From Azolla caroliniana (taxonomy: Eukaryota; Plantae; Polypodiophyta), in NCBI GenBank assembly GCA_043228905.1, contig JBHGNT010000001.1, forward strand, positions 3,410,001-3,474,000: a stretch of 64,000 nt of DNA. The letters are read 5' to 3'. The notes beneath the pieces are model-generated. The model was not told the origin of the DNA and searched no databases. It was given only the letters and a program-made list of their open reading frames with translations. A program made the translations under genes and the position numbers. Shown here piece after piece: positions 1 to 13,420 of this stretch; the first letter of the stretch is position 1, and the number at the start of each line of letters is the position of its first letter.

Positions 1-569
1 CAGGCCATCACAGACAACGTGCGTATTGACGGGAACTCAAGGCTCCTTATGTCCAACGCTCGGCCACAACCGAGCTTCTTTTCATACGCAGAAAACAGGA
101 AACAAATGCACAACACAGTGGAGAGAAAAAAAAAAAATACACAGGAGGTTTACGTGGAAAACCCCAAACTAGGGGAAAAACCACGGTAGCCCACAGGCTG
201 CAAACTGTCACTATGTAAGAATGTACAAAACAGAGAGTTCACGGAGGCAACGACCTCGGACTCACAATCTTCGCCACAGACGACGGTTACAGCAGAGGCA
301 ACGACCTCTATCTCTCTCTCCCTCTCTCTCTATACACAGTTACGCGTTCTCACTTCTTCTTGCACCAACAAGTGAATGACAACCACAACAGTCACTAAAA
401 GTTTGCCCTAAGTCATATTTATACTAATATGACTTTTCGGCTATTTACAAATGTAGCCTCGATGGGCTCTCAGAAACATATTTACGAATATGTCTCTTCA
501 TCCGGTTCTCATCGGGTCTGTACCATCCGGCTCTCCGTAGCCGGGTACTCCTCATACTGTTTCCCAACA
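1..569 (-). mobile_element. LTR end of a copia-type retrotransposon, truncated by the window edge
   Basis: On - it begins TGTTGGGAA at 569. It contains the GTTTACGTGGAAAACCC...GGGAAAAACCACGG motif typical of copia LTRs, and composition changes abruptly at 569/570. Confidence 0.6.
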
Positions 570-1768
570 CGTATCCTTCTCCAAACAAATCGGGAGAGGT
601 TCACAACGCAATTGAAAACGGCGTTGGACAAAGGATGGATGGCGTGGGCAACCCAAGCATAGGAATTCCACACGTATCGTGCGAACTGGGAGAACCGGCG
701 AAAAGACGGCCAAGGTTTCTATAAACTAAATGAGGAGAGAATTGCGGCCATACGCGAGGACCTAGCGCAAGACTATCATGCGTTAGGGGACCAACATTCC
801 GAAGAACTCGCGCAACTCTTAGATGATTTTGGTGAAAGCCAAGAGGAGCTATTTTACCAGATCACACAAGTTGGCAACACGCGAACAAATGAGGAATCCA
901 GCGCGACGCCAATTCCGGGAGCAACGCGGACCGACGAGCGGAGTCCCCCACGGTACCAGACAGTGAAACCGCTGCCCAAGAGGAGCTCCATCCGCAGGAG
1001 CCCACGCTATCGGAGGACCACACGGAGAACGTTGCGGGCCAGGCGGAATTGCAGCCCCACTCCCCAGAGCGTACAAAGACGGCCGACACCACGGAGGAAG
1101 TAACGATTGAGACAGAGCCGCGGCCAACCACAAGCACAACGACGGCGGAGCCCAACCCACTAGCTCAAGAAGAGCCCACCGTACCCGGACCGCCCACACA
1201 CGACGATTGCGACACCGGGAGAAGCCATTCCGACCAAACAGGGGAACCACACCACAATGCACCTACAGGCCCTACGTCGCCTCCGGACGCAGACACCATA
1301 GCAGAGCCAAACATCCGGGCCATTTTGGAAGAAGATTAACAGGAGGGGTCCAACGTGCCAGGGCACTGTCCCACAGGCGTGCCAGGTGTTGTCCGCCGAA
1401 ATAGTAACCGACGGACAAGAGCGTAGGAATAAGAAATAATATAAGATCATAACGCATGTAACGGTTCACGCAGGAAGTGTGAACAACTAAATAAACCTTG
1501 TATATATAAAGGGCAGAAAAACTCTGATAGAAGGGGCGTGTAATTTTGAGAGTAAAGAAGCGTATCGTAATAGAATTCTATCTTCTCTGAAAATCTGTGT
1601 ATAGCTACGGCTAATCTACTATGTGTCTGGAATACCTGAGAGTGTAAGAACGTGAATGTGTAACCACTGATAAGGAGTCGGTTGTAGCCGTCTCCCTTAT
1701 ACGCTGCTAGGTTACGGGGAACATTCCCCTACGTATTACGCATAGACGCCAGCATTCGTTGTTTCACA
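570..1768 (+). mobile_element. 3' end of an LTR retrotransposon (probably gypsy-like): degenerate extra ORF, PPT and 3' LTR
   Basis: Coding-like region ends at TAA 1337-1339. Purine tract AGGAGGGG at 1341-1348 is followed by a TG (1356)...CA (1768) segment with TATATATAAA at 1501-1510. Confidence 0.55.
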
Positions 1769-1826
1769 ATCACTTGGAGGTCTAGGTCGAAGGACTGACC
1801 GCAGACCATGTTCCTAATCGGTAACA
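1769..1826 (-). mobile_element. Short LTR terminus of a further nested element
   Basis: On - it starts TGTTACCGATTAGG at 1826. It interrupts the copia gag frame directly before GATGGTTCAA. Confidence 0.4.
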
Positions 1827-4800
1827 GATGGTTCAAATATGCCTCGGTGGCCTCGCACCACGGTTCGGCGCGATGCGAACCGCCGTTCTAGCACGTGAGA
1901 AATCTCCCTCCTTGTTCGAGCTCCAATCAATGCTATTGGTCGAAGAAAACCACATGCGTACAAGGAGCAATGAGTCGGGAGGCCACATGCTCTACACTCA
2001 CTCGAACGGAGGAAGAGGACGCGGATCGTCGAGAGGCCGATTCAGCCAAGGACAAGGCGGACAAGGTCTGACCTACGATAACAACTCCCAATTTCAGCCG
2101 CAAAACGGAAGCCAACGAGGAACCTTCGCAAGAAGGGGGAGCTTCCAGTCTGGCCCGAACCGTCAAAACGCAACCGAATGCGGATATTGCGGAAAGCTCG
2201 ACCACCACGAAGAAGAGTGCCAAAAGAAGATGCGTGAATCGGCTTCCACAAGCCGACAACTCACGAATTACGCACATAACTCCGACTACGAAGATCGTGG
2301 CGGAATGTATGCACACAACTCCGATCGTGGCGGAATGTACGGGCACAACTCTGACTACGAAGATCGTGGCGGAATGTATGCACACAACTCCAACCGTGGC
2401 AGAATGTTCATGATGAAACATAGAGCAAACTCTATGTCAGCCTCTACCTCAACTAGTGCCTCCGGTCCGGAAGACGTATGGTTCGTCGATTCCGGTGTCT
2501 CGAACCATATGACATCGCATCAAGAATGGTTCCGAGAACTTCGAGAGCCGGACCGACCCGGCTATGTCGAAACTAGAGACGACACTACGCACCCGATTCG
2601 GCACATCGGCAATGTTCCGTTCGGAAAATAAGGTAAGCAAAATTACATTAAAAATGTCTTGCATGTACCGACCATTACGAAGAATTTGGTCTCCGTCGGC
2701 CAAATTGTAGAGCAAGGGAGGCAAGTTTGATTTAATCAAGGCGGTTGCTTCATCGAAAAAGAGGGCCGACGCATCGCATGCAGATGAAGAGAGGGCCGAA
2801 TGTTCATTCTCGACTCACATGAGATGAAATCGGCCATGTTCGCAAAGGGCATGAAAGCCGACTCCAACATAGAGTTATGGCACAAGCGGATTGGCCATAT
2901 AAATCTCCAAAAGCTCAAAGCAATGAAATCAAAAGGAGTCGTCATCGGACTCCCAACATTCAAAGAGAAGGAGATTGAAGGTGTATGCGAAGCGTGCCAA
3001 TTCGGCAAGCAACACCGACACCCATTCCCGAAAGAGCGGAACGTGAGCAAAGGTCTACTTGACGTAGTCCATCCCGACATATGGGGACCGGCGCAGACGG
3101 CTACATTCGGCGGATGCCGATATTACGTGCTCTTCATCGACGACATTTCTAGGCACACTTGGATCTACCCGATGCGGCAAAAGAGCGAAGTGTTTGGACA
3201 CTTCCAAAATTTCAAGAATGAAGTCGAGAAAGCCACGGGCCGACATGTACGATGCCTTCGATCGGATGGCAGCAAGGAGTACTTCTCGGACAATTTCACG
3301 GCGTATCTCCGAAAGGAAGGAATTCGGCGAGAATTCACTTGCCGACACACTCCGCAACAAAACGGGGTAGCCGAGCGCAAAAATCGGCACATCCTCGAAG
3401 TAGCGCGGGCCATGATGAACGAGAAGCATATGCCCAAGTCATATTGGGCCGAAGCTGCAAATACGGCTGTCTACCTAATGAACTGGTGCACAACATCCGG
3501 CGTGCACGAGGTCACTCCGCACGAAAAATACTTCAAAAAGAAGCCGGACTTATCGCACACCCGGATATTCGGCGCAATAGCGTACGTGCACATCCTCGAC
3601 GAGAAGCGTCAAAAGCTTGACCCGAAGTCGGAGAAATGTATCCTCGTAGGATACACTTGGAGCAAAAGGGGTACAAGTGCTACAACCCGTCAACTCGAAA
3701 ATCTCGAGTAAGTCAAGACATCGTTTTTGACGAGTCCGCATCCTGGTACGCACCAAAGACGACTCCGACTCCGACTCCGCTCAACCCGGAATCCGCCGAA
3801 CAAGAGATAGAGGATGAAGATCGCCTTACGCGCATGTTCGAAGAAAGTCCGATCACAACCCAACTGAGCGGACCACAAGAGCCTTTGAGTGATCAAAGCA
3901 CATCACGGCCTAGCTCGAAGATGGACAAAGGCAAGGCGAAAATGTCAGAATACGAAGATGATCGCTTCGACGATGATGAGTCGACTCACTCACTCAACAG
4001 TGAGTTCGGCGGCTTCAATGTACCAATCGGAGCTAAGAAAGCCCTCATCTCTGCAAATGAAAAGCTCTGCCGATCCACCCGTGAAAAGAACCCCGTAAGC
4101 CGATTCGGCTACAACGATTATATGGTGTACCATTACGCCTTTATGATGAAGGTAGCGACAGTACAGGAGCCGGAAACCTTTTCCGAAGCCGCGAAGGACC
4201 CGCGATGGATCGAAGCAATGAACGAGGAGATGCAGGCACTACGGAAGAACGAGACGTGGGATCTCGTTCCCACCTCACCGCACAAAGGCGATCGGATGCA
4301 GATGGATTTACAAAGTGAAGTACAACGCTGACGGTTCCGTCAACCGCTACAAAGCGCGACTCGTAACGAAAGGCTACGGACAAACGCATGGAGTTGACTA
4401 CGAAGAGACCTTTGCCCCGGTGGCAAAGATGACTACGGTACGGACCGTAATTGCGCTTGCCGCGGCAAAAGGGTGGCACCTCCATCAAATGGACGTCAAG
4501 AACGCCTTTCTACAAGGCGAATTAGAAGAGGAGGTGTACATGATACAACCACCCGGCTTCAACTCGAGCACCCATCCGAAAGTTGTATGCCGACTCAAGA
4601 AGCCACTCTACGGCCTCAAGCAAGCACTGCGTGCTTAGCATTCGAAGATAACGCAATATCTTCATCAAATCGGCTTCCGTATGTCAAAATCGGAAAACTC
4701 CCTCTACATACGAAGCGATTCCCCAAGTCCGATCGTCATCATCTTATATGTGGATGACCTAGTCATTGGAGGTGAGCATCTCGTCGAAATCAATAAGGTC

Positions 4801-4837
4801 AAATCCCTCCTTTCCGACAATTTCGAGATGACGGACA
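1827..4837 (+). mobile_element. Ty1/copia retrotransposon gag-pol, pseudogenised and truncated within RT
   Basis: Copia domain order: zinc knuckle CGYCGKLDHHEEEC, protease WFVDSGVSNHMT, LWHKRIGH/CEAC, integrase (VHPDIWGP, RSDG, NGVAERKNR), RT ([20 protein letters not shown]). Stops at 2629, about 2728, about 2784 and 4636; frameshifts near 3655 and 4285; no RNase H. Confidence 0.95.
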
Positions 4838-5084
4838 TGTTGAGAAGCAAGCTCAACATGGTATGTGATGCTTATTGGGAAATAAGCTATAGTAGCTATT
4901 TAGCTACTTGTGAACATAAAGGAGAAACAGCTAATTAGCTGCATATGTAAGTAACTTATTACTTATCTTGTAGTTAATGAAGAGAGAGGGTGACTATATA
5001 AAGCACCCTCCTCCCACCTTGTATTGAGTTGAGTCTTTCTCCTTTGTTAATATACTTTTACCTTGCGTTTCTCTTTGTCTTATT

Positions 5085-5152
<68 letters not shown>

Positions 5153-5175
5153 TAAATCATATCTGATTCTTTACA
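4838..5175 (+). mobile_element. Solo-LTR-like segment
   Basis: TGTTGAG...TTTACA termini, internal TATATAAA near 4995 and a (CT)n(CA)n tract. It cuts the copia RT exactly at FEMTDM. No matching target-site duplication. Confidence 0.65.
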
Positions 5176-6034
5176 TCAATCATAAAAAATGATGAACATA
5201 AATGCTACATATGGCTCAAAATAGAAACACCTAATGATTTGTCCACTTTTGTAGTTGGATGTTACATTCCTCATCAAGATTCTAACTTTTATGTTTGTTT
5301 GGATAAAGATCAACCTTTTGCTAATCTAGAAGATGATATTGCTTATTTCTAACTTCCTAGAATTGCGTGGGAAGCAAGCAAAAAGATCCAAAAGACGCTA
5401 AAAGCAAAATTTTGTGTTCTGGTTGGATGCAAGATATAGAAAAATGGTTCGGTAGATGGGATGCGAGACACTTGCTTCATGATGCATCATTAGATTCCTC
5501 TATAAATGAGGCCTTCTTGCGACACCAATGTATCATGACATGACACAAATGTGGAAGCTCACGCTTCACACATTATACTACACATGTTGCACCTAACTAC
5601 AAAACCATATTCTTTGCGGAACTGGGAAATCATACACATCAATACATGTTAGAGCCCGTACTGTTATCTACCATTCGAACCAGTGCTTCCATGCGACTTA
5701 GCTCACATGCATTGCGATGTGAGACAGGGCGTTGGGGAAAAAGTGATGAGAGTGGTCGGTTATGCACACTTTGCCCTAAACAAGTACGCAAGTCTGAGTA
5801 TCACACTTTGATACAATGCTTTGCCTATCATATTCGACCATGCTTTCCACATCTCTTCGACCGAGCCCAATCCTTGCATGAATTCCTCTCACAACCACAA
5901 TGTGCACTCTCGATTGCAACATTCATTGGTAAAGTTCTTGAACATCGAGAGTCACTACTCACTTTCACACGTATCACGTGAAATGTAATATTTTTGGTCT
6001 CATAGGTCATATTTGACCTCTGAAGACGATAATA

Positions 6035-6115
<81 letters not shown>
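5176..6115 (+). mobile_element. Internally deleted LINE: AP-endonuclease fragment fused to ORF2 C-terminus, with (CT)n tail
   Basis: 5176-5350 reads SIIKNDEHKCYIWLKIETPNDLSTFVVGCYIPHQDSNFY (APE-like). 5646-5981 has RLSSHALRCETGRW...LCTLC...EYHTLIQC. A short 3' UTR is followed by (CT)n at 6039-6115. Confidence 0.8.
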
Positions 6116-6118
<3 letters not shown>

Positions 6119-9100
6119 TGACATACATTCACGACCTACCATAACCAACACATACACTTTAATGTTTGATGTGTCACACTTGCCTTAAGACGGACTCATA
6201 ACTCCTTGTTTAATGATCGTAACATTGGTACAAGACAACACGAGAGAGAACTTGTAAGTGCTATGATAATGACCTTGTTTGCACATAATGGGAAAAGGGG
6301 GCAAATGCTATTGTACTAAATGTGCACTTCGTCTATAATGTTATTGTGACTTCAAACCAACATGAAGAAGGGATCCATGCAATTAAACATCGTCTGCTTT
6401 GAGTTAGATTTTAGACAAGGCTAAAGGATCCTCAAGTGTGTTCTCTCCTTTGAAAACAATGTTTTCGTTGTTTACATTTCTCTCTTTTAGATCTTGAGCC
6501 ATTTTTCTTGCGCTTAACCTTGACCATTTCCATTAAGGAAAAGCTCTAGTCGTAAGCATCCATCTTATGTACTCAAAGTCCCCTTGTATTGAGTGTGGTT
6601 GGCACCTCTTACTGTGATAAAGTGCGGTTGGTGTTACAATTCTTCTTGTGTTTTGGTGGATGAATTATTATTTAGTTAACCTTAAGAGCATAAATTACAT
6701 GTTTGTCTTATTTCGTTTTCAAAAACTAAGGATAATAAAATATATAGAATCGAAAAGTTCACATAAGTGACTTAATCACTTCATGAAAACGGCTCAAGGG
6801 AGCATGACAAACGTCTTGTCCACAATAGGGTCTGGTATTTATCCAAACTCCTTGATAACACATCAATGATGGATATATCCTTTGCAATCGTTAAATACGA
6901 AGATCTTTAATTTCAAAGGGGAAGGGAAGGTTAGAAATCATACATATTTAAACAAACATTACCAAAAGCATTGCAACATGTAATGACATTGTGCTCGTTC
7001 AGCATATCTAGAATGATTATTAAAATTCTAATGATGAGGAGAGAGAGAGAGGACAAGTCATAAAATGAACGAAAATTTGATAAAATCAAACAAAAACTAG
7101 AAATGATTATATTTCATTGACAAAAACAACTACCTCATATGCATTGCCCTTTGAGAAAATATAATGGATTGAGAGTTATAACTTATAGATCATTCAATTG
7201 CATAGAACAAATATTAATTGAAGCGAATAACTCAATAACATGAGTAGATATGGTTAGTTATATGGATTGAGTAATGGATATGAATAAACGTTCAATAGAG
7301 TCAGACAACCTATATGAAGTGTAGTTTAGGAATTAAAAAAATCAACACTAAGGACAAAGAAAATCGATGACATGTTTGAAAGGTTAGCAATAATGTGACC
7401 CAAGGACAATCATACTCGTGGCCTGACACACTAGAATAACAATCACTTGAAACTTAACATCATCAACTAATTTATCCTATTATTACATGCAATGATTCTA
7501 TCGTAATACTGAAACATAAATGACTTGAACTTTTATAGTTAAGTTGTTGTCAAGAAGATAGATTGAAAACATGGGTAATCGGGTTCTTGTGACTACTCGT
7601 ATGCTCTCATCCACAACTGCATGTATATCATTAAGTATGCTACCTTGAGGTCATCTTGGCCACACCAACCTGTCCATTTCACAAAATTTCAAAAAGTCGC
7701 AAGACTAAACCAAATATCCTTACTCATTTATCTCTAAGGATAATTTTTTCCCATAGGTTCCACTTGATCCAATCATAGGACGGAACATGAACATTATTCT
7801 GAATGGATGATTTGATAGAAACTTTGATATCAAACATTCGGTACCTAACCAAAGACTTTGTGCCAAATGATTATGTGAAAGCAAACCTTCCTTTATGTAT
7901 ATATAATATATTTATTAAGAAAATTGTCAAGTGCACTTGCCATGGGCGAGGCTTCACGGAGCTTACATGGAAATCCAAACGTATGATGGGTAAAGAGTCA
8001 AGACAACTAACATAATGGGGAACTTCACATGTTTAAGGGAGCAAGGAGGCTCCTTTCTTTATTTGGGAATCATTTATACAATTTAACAAGAAAAATCATC
8101 ATAGCAGGTGCTTGTTCTTAACCCTTATATCTTGCTTAATTTTAATTTCATGAGATTAGGACCCTTGCCCTGACCGTGGGCACATCGTAAAAGACAAAAG
8201 AAAGGGCACCAAGTGACTATTTTTTCTACCATGTTTTTCAAAAGCAAAAACAACTTGCCACCACAAAAGGTTCTTCTTAATAAGTTATTACGAAAATGTT
8301 AATCAGAGGAGTGTATAGGTAAGCAATAACAATCTATGATGATAGGTAGGGAGAAAAAGCAATAAAAAATGTAGTTTTTCGGGTGTAGGAAAGCACGTGA
8401 TTCCATTTCTAACATATCTCAAAAATTAAAGAACTCTATTTATGTTATATCAAAGGACTTGCCCATTTCCTTAAGTTAATTGAAGGCTTCAAGTATACAT
8501 CCTAATGCTGCCACACTCAAAAAAAATAACAGCCATATCAAAAGCACCAATAACAAGTCCAAATATAAGAAGATACAAGAGAGCTTCTTTGAGTACAAAA
8601 GATGATGGTACTTTGCTATATAATATGACATGCTCGTATTTAAGAGTTTTACGAAAAGGTGGGCACATCTACTACACATTGGAACTCTTGATGTTGTTCT
8701 CTCCTTGCGAAAAACAGAATATCTATAACTCGTGGCTACTAAGGGCCGAGCCGTGAGTTGTGAGCTAGGTGAGAAAGTGCTCCTATGGGAGTGGAGCCAT
8801 ACGACCTCTGTGCATTCGAGCGCTCCCCTTTTTTTGAGCATTTCAATCGGTAGGTGGTAGGGGGGAGCTCGAATAAAACCTCAATTGAAGCCTCATCATG
8901 CTCATAGAGAATGCAGACGGATATACATTGTAGAAAGCACATAGGTAGAGAGTACGGGCGACAACCTCGAGGCAGACAGAGTGGGAAGTTGACATGTGGT
9001 TCTAGCTAAGGTGACATTTGGGAATCAAAGGAAAGGGGAGGGATGGGGTCCTAATAATTGGGCTCTAGTTGATTAATAATAATATGCTATAGGTTCTCAA

Positions 9101-9330
9101 AATGAATGACGTGGACCCGGGAGAGCTAGATGACGTGAATAGCAGGTACATGACTAAAATGAGACTATCAAAAGGAAGTCGTATCCTACTAATTTTTGAA
9201 TTCTTGATGGCAGGTTTTATTCTTTTGAGATCAGAAGTGTGGCCTAATTTTGAGACTAGAACTTAAGAAACGACTTTGATCGAAACACATGTAAATCCAA
9301 CGAGTAATAAAGAACATAAACCATCCTCTC

Positions 9331-9332
<2 letters not shown>

Positions 9333-9422
<90 letters not shown>
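9333..9422. repeat. (TG)n microsatellite
   Basis: About 90 bp of pure TG repeat. Confidence 0.95.
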
Positions 9423-9423
<1 letters not shown>

Positions 9424-10606
9424 ATGTAGTATTATTCATATAGAGATCTCAATTCAAAACGAATAATCTATAGCTCCCCAAATTGCACAAACCCATTTGA
9501 AGGTGGGTTTACAATGAAGAATAACATCCCTTATCTCATCCCAAAACATTGTAGTGGCGTTAAAAGAGAAATGATTTTTGAAGCACCTTTATTTTATAAA
9601 AAACAAATTCTTGTGTCAAGTTCTTTCCAAGCACTCATAAAGGGGTATCTTCATAATTATTCACATCTATGATATTCCATGAACTTTTCATAATCATTCA
9701 AAATAGAGATGAAGGTCCTTCTAGACAAGGCGGCAGTACACAAGAATGAATTTCTACACATTTTTTACCATGAAATGTCAAAGAAAGCATCAAATTGCAC
9801 ACAAATAAAACGTAACATTGAGTCTTATGCAAACCTAATGTATCTTCGAGCTTCAAAGAGGTTTTAGCATTTCTAGTTGTCTTTCATGTGTACAAAACCA
9901 ACAATCATTGAGGATTGTACACAACCGTGTTTGTTTACTTACACTAAATTTCGATGTCAAAGAGAAAATTGCTTCCTCAACTTGTTGACCATGAAGTATT
10001 TGCCTCCAAAATGCAACATTTTTCTTGAAAAACTTTTCAAGGTAAGGGTTAAAGGAAGAAAGTCCTTGCTAAATATGAAACAATGTTTATTCCTATAGTT
10101 TTTTTATCCACTAACATTTAAAAGCAAATTTGGTGTGCCTATTTTTCATTAACAATATATGTTTTGCTTACTAGTTAACCTCCACTTGCTCTTGAAGTTT
10201 GTCCAATGCCAATAACATGTTTTAAATAAGATTGCAAAACTTATTTACCATGTATCAACCCAGTCGTGTTCATCATTTTCAGCAAGGATATCACATATAT
10301 TACTAGTTCAAGTTGACGTAAGGCTCAAACCAAAGTTAAATGTTAAACAAGCTTGGGTTTAAGATACTACTTAAATGCTATATGTTACACCTCTTGCCAT
10401 TAAATTTGATGTTTTTACATTCTAACGTGGTTTCTACAACTAAATTAATAAAAAATAAAAGTCTCATAATTTTATGACAAATTAATGGATCTTGAGTTTC
10501 CAAAATGTGTCCAACTCTCCAACTGTTTATTAATACGATATTTGATTGTTTAAATCACATGAAATAACTTATGAAGGGGTTTAATGGTGAATAATTGCAA
10601 TGCATG

Positions 10607-11078
10607 TTGCAATCGACAACGATTGGATCGAACCGAACAACGAAATTGTGACTTAACAACTTAACAGTTCAATTCGGTTCGGTTCAAGCCCTTATCAATT
10701 TAGTGGTTTTCAATTTGAAACCGCTATTCAAATGGTTTGACAGTTTGGGATTGAAACTTAATAAATTTTTGAAATATTTTTTGAACAGTTTAAGCCTTAT
10801 TTTGATATATAAGGAAAAATATTTAAATTTTCAAATTTAAAATTTAAAATTTTTAAAATTTAATTGTGAAATTTAAAATTTTGATGTAACTTGGAAACCA
10901 AAACCAAACTGCAAAACCGCGGGTTTTAACGGTTTAAATGTTTGAAAGACTCTAAAACCGTTTGGTTTACGCGTGAATTTTTCATAACGGTTCAGTTTAA
11001 GTTTCAATTGTTTTAAAATGGATCAGTTTTAAACTATTTGAGTTTGACCCATTCAAACCAAACCGTTGTCGATATCTA
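10607..11078. mobile_element. hAT-type MITE
   Basis: Imperfect TIRs (TTGCAATCGACAACGATT vs reverse complement TAGATATCGACAACGGTT), 8-bp TSD AATGCATG/AATGCATA, several subterminal AACCG/CGGTT motifs and an AT-rich core. Confidence 0.75.
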
Positions 11079-13053
11079 AATGCATAAAAATATTTATGGT
11101 TGGATGATCTTCATCAAGATCAACGACTTGCTCTTTAATTTACACCAAACCATTGTTTTTGTAGTGTAGAAATTAAACCATATACAATAATTTGAGTTAG
11201 CTTAATGTATAGAAAGTAAATTTGAATGAGTAAGTCCGAGACATGTTATAATTTAGCATAGGAAACACACCCACAATGCATCGATATTAAAGCCTCTAGT
11301 GATGCAATAAAATCACATCAAAGGTTACATTGGAGAATGCATTTCTTGATATAATGCATATTTATGGGGATGCACTACGTAGTAAACAAAGTATATGGTT
11401 ATGTAAGTAATACATATCAATTATTGGAGTGTTGCATAAAATATATGTTATATATGACATGGAGAAGCTTACAAATTACGGCTTCCAACCATCATTCATT
11501 CATTGGACTAAAGGTTCATTGAAGCTCTTCCTCATATAGACTTGTTTTGTATGGCCTCGCGTGCATAACATTGTTTTGGTGGGCATAGAGACGAGAAGTT
11601 ATATATTTACTAGAGTTCATGAAACATATGGTTGCCAGTTCTTGACACGTTACAATCACATTTGTACTTCCAATGTTACTTGTGTCACTAGAGGCCACAT
11701 GATTTGTGGCGTCTCAGAAGCAATCATGAGTTGTCATGAAGAGCCCTCAGGAATATTCAGTGCTTGAACTTTCGCATATTTGAGCAATTTGCTTTCTTCA
11801 GTTGCATTATTGTGCACGAGGGTGCATAATGTGTGTACATAAGGATTGAACTCATCTATTTAATATCCAAATCTCCCATACTCATCATACACAAAATGTT
11901 CATTGATATAGATACGAGCAAGTTCTTGACGACTTGATGGTAAGGCTCATTGAGCAAAAAACTGAGGTGGCAAAGATAGTTGGATGTATGAAGATTTAGG
12001 ATAGATTAATGGATGAAAAGTACAACTCATATATTACAAGGCTAGCGAGAGTGTGTGTATATGTATGTGCAAATCGATGTGGATAGGCCTTTGATATGCA
12101 TTGATAGGATGACAACAAAGAAAATAACGTGGATTAACAAGGTCCAGAAGGAATAGATTATGTGATATTGATGTGTGTATAATATAGAAGCATGGGGGAT
12201 GAGAAAGTTAGCTTTTAAGAAGTCAAGCAAATGGAGTCTCCTCTTCCTAGCAATCTACTTCTCATTTGTTCCCAAGAAGCCGCATCAACCACCAACTTCT
12301 GTAACAACAGATTAATAATTCACTCTCTTTTTGAATATTTCGTCCATTCATGCCATAAACATCCAAGTCCTCTCACAAAAAGGAACATCTACACATCTTC
12401 AAAGTTCCCATCTACACCATACATTGAACTATGAGCAACCCAGCTAGATATATGTGACTCCATGCATGTACACAATGTGTAATGATCGTTCTTACATACT
12501 GCTCCACATCCTCAGAGTTGTGCATATGCTTTAAGGATTATGTTTTTTCATATGTTGCCATCACTTTCATACAACGTTGTTTACGACAAGAATTTCAATG
12601 ATGATCACATGTGTAAACGTATTCATTATTCTGAGCGCATAATAGGATTTCTCAAACATTGTATTGAAACCTTGCCGTAAAGATCAAAAGCAAATGGGAT
12701 AAGGTTCACGTTACTACAAGGCTGAAGAGGTTGTTGAGGAGACTGAAATGAGAAATTTTGATCTAATCATAGGGCCACCATAGAGATCAAGAACATAGAC
12801 CCAAACCAACCAAAGGAAACTAGAGATTCACTATTTTGCATTAACAACTAAACATAACTAGCACCTAATGGAATTTCCCTTGGGTCACGCCTCATAAACG
12901 CGAAGTACTTTGCTTTAAATAACAATATACGAAATTTTGTATTTTGTTTCTCGCAAAAACATGACTCGAAGAAAAAACCAAGCTAGTTATCTAACAAATA
13001 TCTACCAATCAGGAGTTGGTTATGTAATATAAAATAGTCCACCACACTAGCAC

Positions 13054-13420
13054 TTTTTTTTTTGAAGATTCACCTTGGTATTAATGGAAAAATGCCCAAA
13101 GGCTACAAAGAACTCCTACATGAAAACACAACCAACATGTCGAATAGCAAAAGCCTTCATGCAACGACCTTAGAAACTACATTTACACATCTATAATCGG
13201 GATCCTTCCATAATGGGGGGGCAGAAAAAGTCGCCTTGGTGGAGAATATCTCCACTTTATTCTCTCCCCAAAAGAGATGAAGACCTTTGCCTTTGTCCAC
13301 AATTCTCTAAAATGTTGTTGCTTATGAAACACAACGCCAAGCTCAGCAATTACAAAACTAGTCATTTGTTTTTTCCTTTAAAAGCCATTTAGGTTTCCTA
13401 ATAATCGAGCATTGTTATGT
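13054..13420 (-). mobile_element. 5'-truncated poly(A)-tailed LINE (3' end)
   Basis: T-run at 13054-13064, then GAAGATTCACCTTGGTATTAATGG...GCCCAAAGGCTACA, shared with copies near 28950 and 63460. The 5' boundary is approximate. Confidence 0.6.

Noticed and set aside
6120-9230. Possible LTR/PPT relics here and in 25200-27200, 29400-32100, 42600-45100, 48800-53100 and 57600-63400
   Set aside because: Too degraded to give boundaries or protein motifs without a repeat library.
9231-9425. HT-repeat ORF and similar ORFs at 20412, 34592-35077 and 48196-48791
   Set aside because: They are translations of microsatellites.
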